DNA of 64,000 nucleotides from Dehalococcoidia bacterium. Lineage in GTDB: Bacteria; Chloroflexota; Dehalococcoidia; UBA2979. Position 1 is the first letter of the stretch; each line of letters starts with the position of its first letter. The stretch covers positions 1,056,001 to 1,120,000 of the forward strand of contig OZ244720.1 in NCBI GenBank assembly GCA_965219085.1, written 5' to 3'. A model generated the notes under the pieces. That model saw only the letters and a list, made by a program, of their open reading frames with translations. It was not told where the DNA came from and searched no databases. Below, piece by piece: positions 61,759 through 64,000 of the stretch. A program made the position numbers and the translations under genes.

Positions 61759-63801
61759 CTACTCTCCGCCGTTCAGGATGCTGAGGGCGATCGCGATCGT
61801 GCCCTCGACGTTGCTTCCTCTGAGGCTCCCGTCATAAGCCTCTACCTTGTACTCGAGGTCCGTGTCCGGGTCGTACAGCCACACCTCAGTCCTGGCGAGC
61901 CTGGTCGGCCAGTCCAGAACGTTCTCCGGCCAGTACCACACCAGGGCCGGGTAGCCATCGATCACCCGGGCCTCGACGTACCCGTCGGTCGCGCCGGCGA
62001 AGTTGGGGGTGCGCCAGAACTGCCCGACGGAGATCTCCAGGGCCAGGCTGCCACTCTCGTTTTGGTAGACCTCGTAGTAGCCGTAGTACCGGAAAAACTC
62101 ACGATTATAGCCCCACCCGATGTGGGACTGGGTCCAGCCGGCCGGCACCGTCGGCGCCTGGTACAGCGGGTGCTCAGTCACTGTCTCTGCCGGGTCGTCG
62201 GGCAGATCGACCTCGACGGTGAGGTCCAACACCGTGGCCCAGTCGTCATCGGTCGGCACCACAATCCAGTCGCCGTAGCGGATCGGTTGCTTCATGGCGG
62301 TGTTCGGGATGTCGGCAGGGGCCCAGTCGAATTCGACGGTCGTGCTCGCGCTCACGTCGCCGCTGCACCCCAACCACGAGTACGCGTACGGGCGCACCGG
62401 GACGCTGCGTACAGCCCCGTCCCCGGTAGCAGCCCCGGTCACCATGTACCGGGCCCAGCAGTCGTCGGCCTCACGCCACTCGACGAGCTCCCCTTCGGCC
62501 AGGCCGTCGTAGAACCCACCCTGGGTCTTGTCGTCGCCGACCATCACGTTGACAACCAGCACCGTCGCTTTGGTGCGCAGGTCCTCGTACGTCGTCACGG
62601 CTTCCGTCGCGCCCTCGGTCTCCGAGTCATCGTCGGGCATCAGGAACCCGTAGCTGCCGGACGCCGTGGCGGCGCCCGTCGAGTCGAAGCTGTCGTACTC
62701 GAACTGCGCAGCCTGAAGGTCCACCGTCACGACCACGTCGCCCAGCGACAGCTTCCCGTCCGGCCGGGGCCGCACGAACGGCTTCGCAGCCTTCAGGTTG
62801 TAGCTGAACTGCGGCGGCGCCTCGTACGTGTACCCAGCGGGGAGTCCGAGCTCCGTCGGGGCCTCCGTCTCGGCGTTGACCGTGAACGTGAACGTCGTGC
62901 CGATCGGCTTGATCAACTGCGAGAAGCTCACGGGCGACGGCACCCCGAACGTCGGGCCTGGATCCCGCTCCAGGTAGAAGCGCGTCCAACCCTCGGGCAG
63001 CTGGGCAGCGGTCACCACCGTGTACTGCTGCCCGCGCTCGACGTGGTACCGCCCGTCCGGGGTCGCCGTCAGCAGCTTGTCCGCGGGGATGTCGGCGACC
63101 TGCGCGTAGTCGCCGGGAGCGCCCCGGTAGACCGCGTGGATGCACGTCGGGTCGGTCGGTGTCGCGCAAGAGCCGGGCTCCGGGGGCGCTGCCGCGGGCG
63201 TCGGGCTGGGGCGAGGCGCGGGCGTCCCCGTCGGGGTCGGCGAAGCCGCCAGCGCTGGGCTCGGCGACGGGGATATGCCCGGCGTCGCCGTCGGTGCCAC
63301 GGTCCATGTGGGCGTCGCGGTGGCAGACGTTGTCACGGTCGGAGCTGCCGTCGGAGCGACGGTCAGGGTGGGCATGGCCGTCGCGGTGGTCGCAGGCGCC
63401 GGCGCGACGGCTGCGGGCGGCTCGCCGTTCCCCTCCACGATCACCTCGAGCGCCACGAGCGCGACCGCCACCACGACGACGCCCGCCAGCGCCGCCACCC
63501 CCGCCCCGACCCACACCAGCGGCCGCCCCACGGACCACAGGGCAGCGGGAATCGCGAACAGCACGCCGCCGAGGCGGCGTCGCCCCGCGGCGGGGCGCCA
63601 GGCGGCGAGGGCGCGGCGGTCGCGCAGCTCCAGCTTCGCGAGCATGTTCGAGATGTGGTAGCGGACCGTGTTGGTGCTCACGCTGATGCGCGCGGCGATC
63701 TCGGCGTTCGTGCCGCCCTCGCGCAACGCATCGAGCACACGCCACTCGGCGGGCGTCAGGACGTCGGGATGGCGCGGGCGACCGCTGCGGCTGCGTTCCA
63801 T
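61759..63801 (-). CDS. LuxR-type HTH + TM + Pro/Thr linker + ectodomain
   Basis: Same HTH/TM as 58604-60229; shared CATPTDPTCI domain, then an unrelated C-terminus. Confidence 0.82.
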   Translation of the reverse strand: MERSRSGRPRHPDVLTPAEWRVLDALREGGTNAEIAARISVSTNTVRYHISNMLAKLELRDRRALAAWRPAAGRRRLGGVLFAIPAALWSVGRPLVWVGAGVAALAGVVVVAVALVALEVIVEGNGEPPAAVAPAPATTATAMPTLTVAPTAAPTVTTSATATPTWTVAPTATPGISPSPSPALAASPTPTGTPAPRPSPTPAAAPPEPGSCATPTDPTCIHAVYRGAPGDYAQVADIPADKLLTATPDGRYHVERGQQYTVVTAAQLPEGWTRFYLERDPGPTFGVPSPVSFSQLIKPIGTTFTFTVNAETEAPTELGLPAGYTYEAPPQFSYNLKAAKPFVRPRPDGKLSLGDVVVTVDLQAAQFEYDSFDSTGAATASGSYGFLMPDDDSETEGATEAVTTYEDLRTKATVLVVNVMVGDDKTQGGFYDGLAEGELVEWREADDCWARYMVTGAATGDGAVRSVPVRPYAYSWLGCSGDVSASTTVEFDWAPADIPNTAMKQPIRYGDWIVVPTDDDWATVLDLTVEVDLPDDPAETVTEHPLYQAPTVPAGWTQSHIGWGYNREFFRYYGYYEVYQNESGSLALEISVGQFWRTPNFAGATDGYVEARVIDGYPALVWYWPENVLDWPTRLARTEVWLYDPDTDLEYKVEAYDGSLRGSNVEGTIAIALSILNGGE

Positions 63802-63910
63802 GGAACCATCGTAGAACGCGCGGTGCGGGGGTTTCCCCGTCCACCCGCCGCCTCCCCGGTCCCGCGCGCCGCGAGGTAGCCGCCTCGGCGTGCGGACCTA
63901 CAATGGACGG

Positions 63911-64000
63911 GTGAGCGCTCCACGCATCCTTGTTGCCATGTCCGGCGGCGTCGACTCCGCCGTCGCGGCCGCCCTGCTGCACCGCGAGGGCTACGACGTC
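63911..64000 (+). CDS. mnmA: tRNA 2-thiouridylase MnmA (5' part)
   Basis: RILVAMSGGVDSAVAAALL..EGYDV. Confidence 0.9.
   Translation, partial: MSAPRILVAMSGGVDSAVAAALLHREGYDV

Overview
High-GC bacterial chromosome segment. It most resembles Chloroflexota (Dehalococcoidia-like), possibly a sponge symbiont; this is inferred from plant-type LRR and RCC1-repeat surface proteins, paralogous acyl-CoA dehydrogenases, MaoC and CoA-transferases, and LuxR-TM proteins. Core genes (ndk, tsaB, tsaE, thiL, gyrA, tRNA-Pro(CGG), rnhA, rsfS, mnmA, etfAB, copA) are interspersed with many toxin-antitoxin modules and single-gene cargo. Main findings: (1) A three-level IS nest at 25.2-29.6 kb (IS1380 > IS1111-type IS110 > intact IS110). 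All four target/donor guides of the innermost bridge RNA are readable and match a site inside the outer element's own bridge/seek RNA, at its putative donor guide. (2) At least seven integrase-free segments flanked by diverged direct repeats of neighbouring gene ends, or present as diverged tandem duplicates. (3) Membrane-anchored LuxR-HTH proteins with swappable ectodomains, and secreted RCC1/LRR proteins sharing a tandem N-terminal domain I cannot name. (4) GyrA with an extra C-terminal helical domain. All family calls come from motif recognition by eye; no database search was run.
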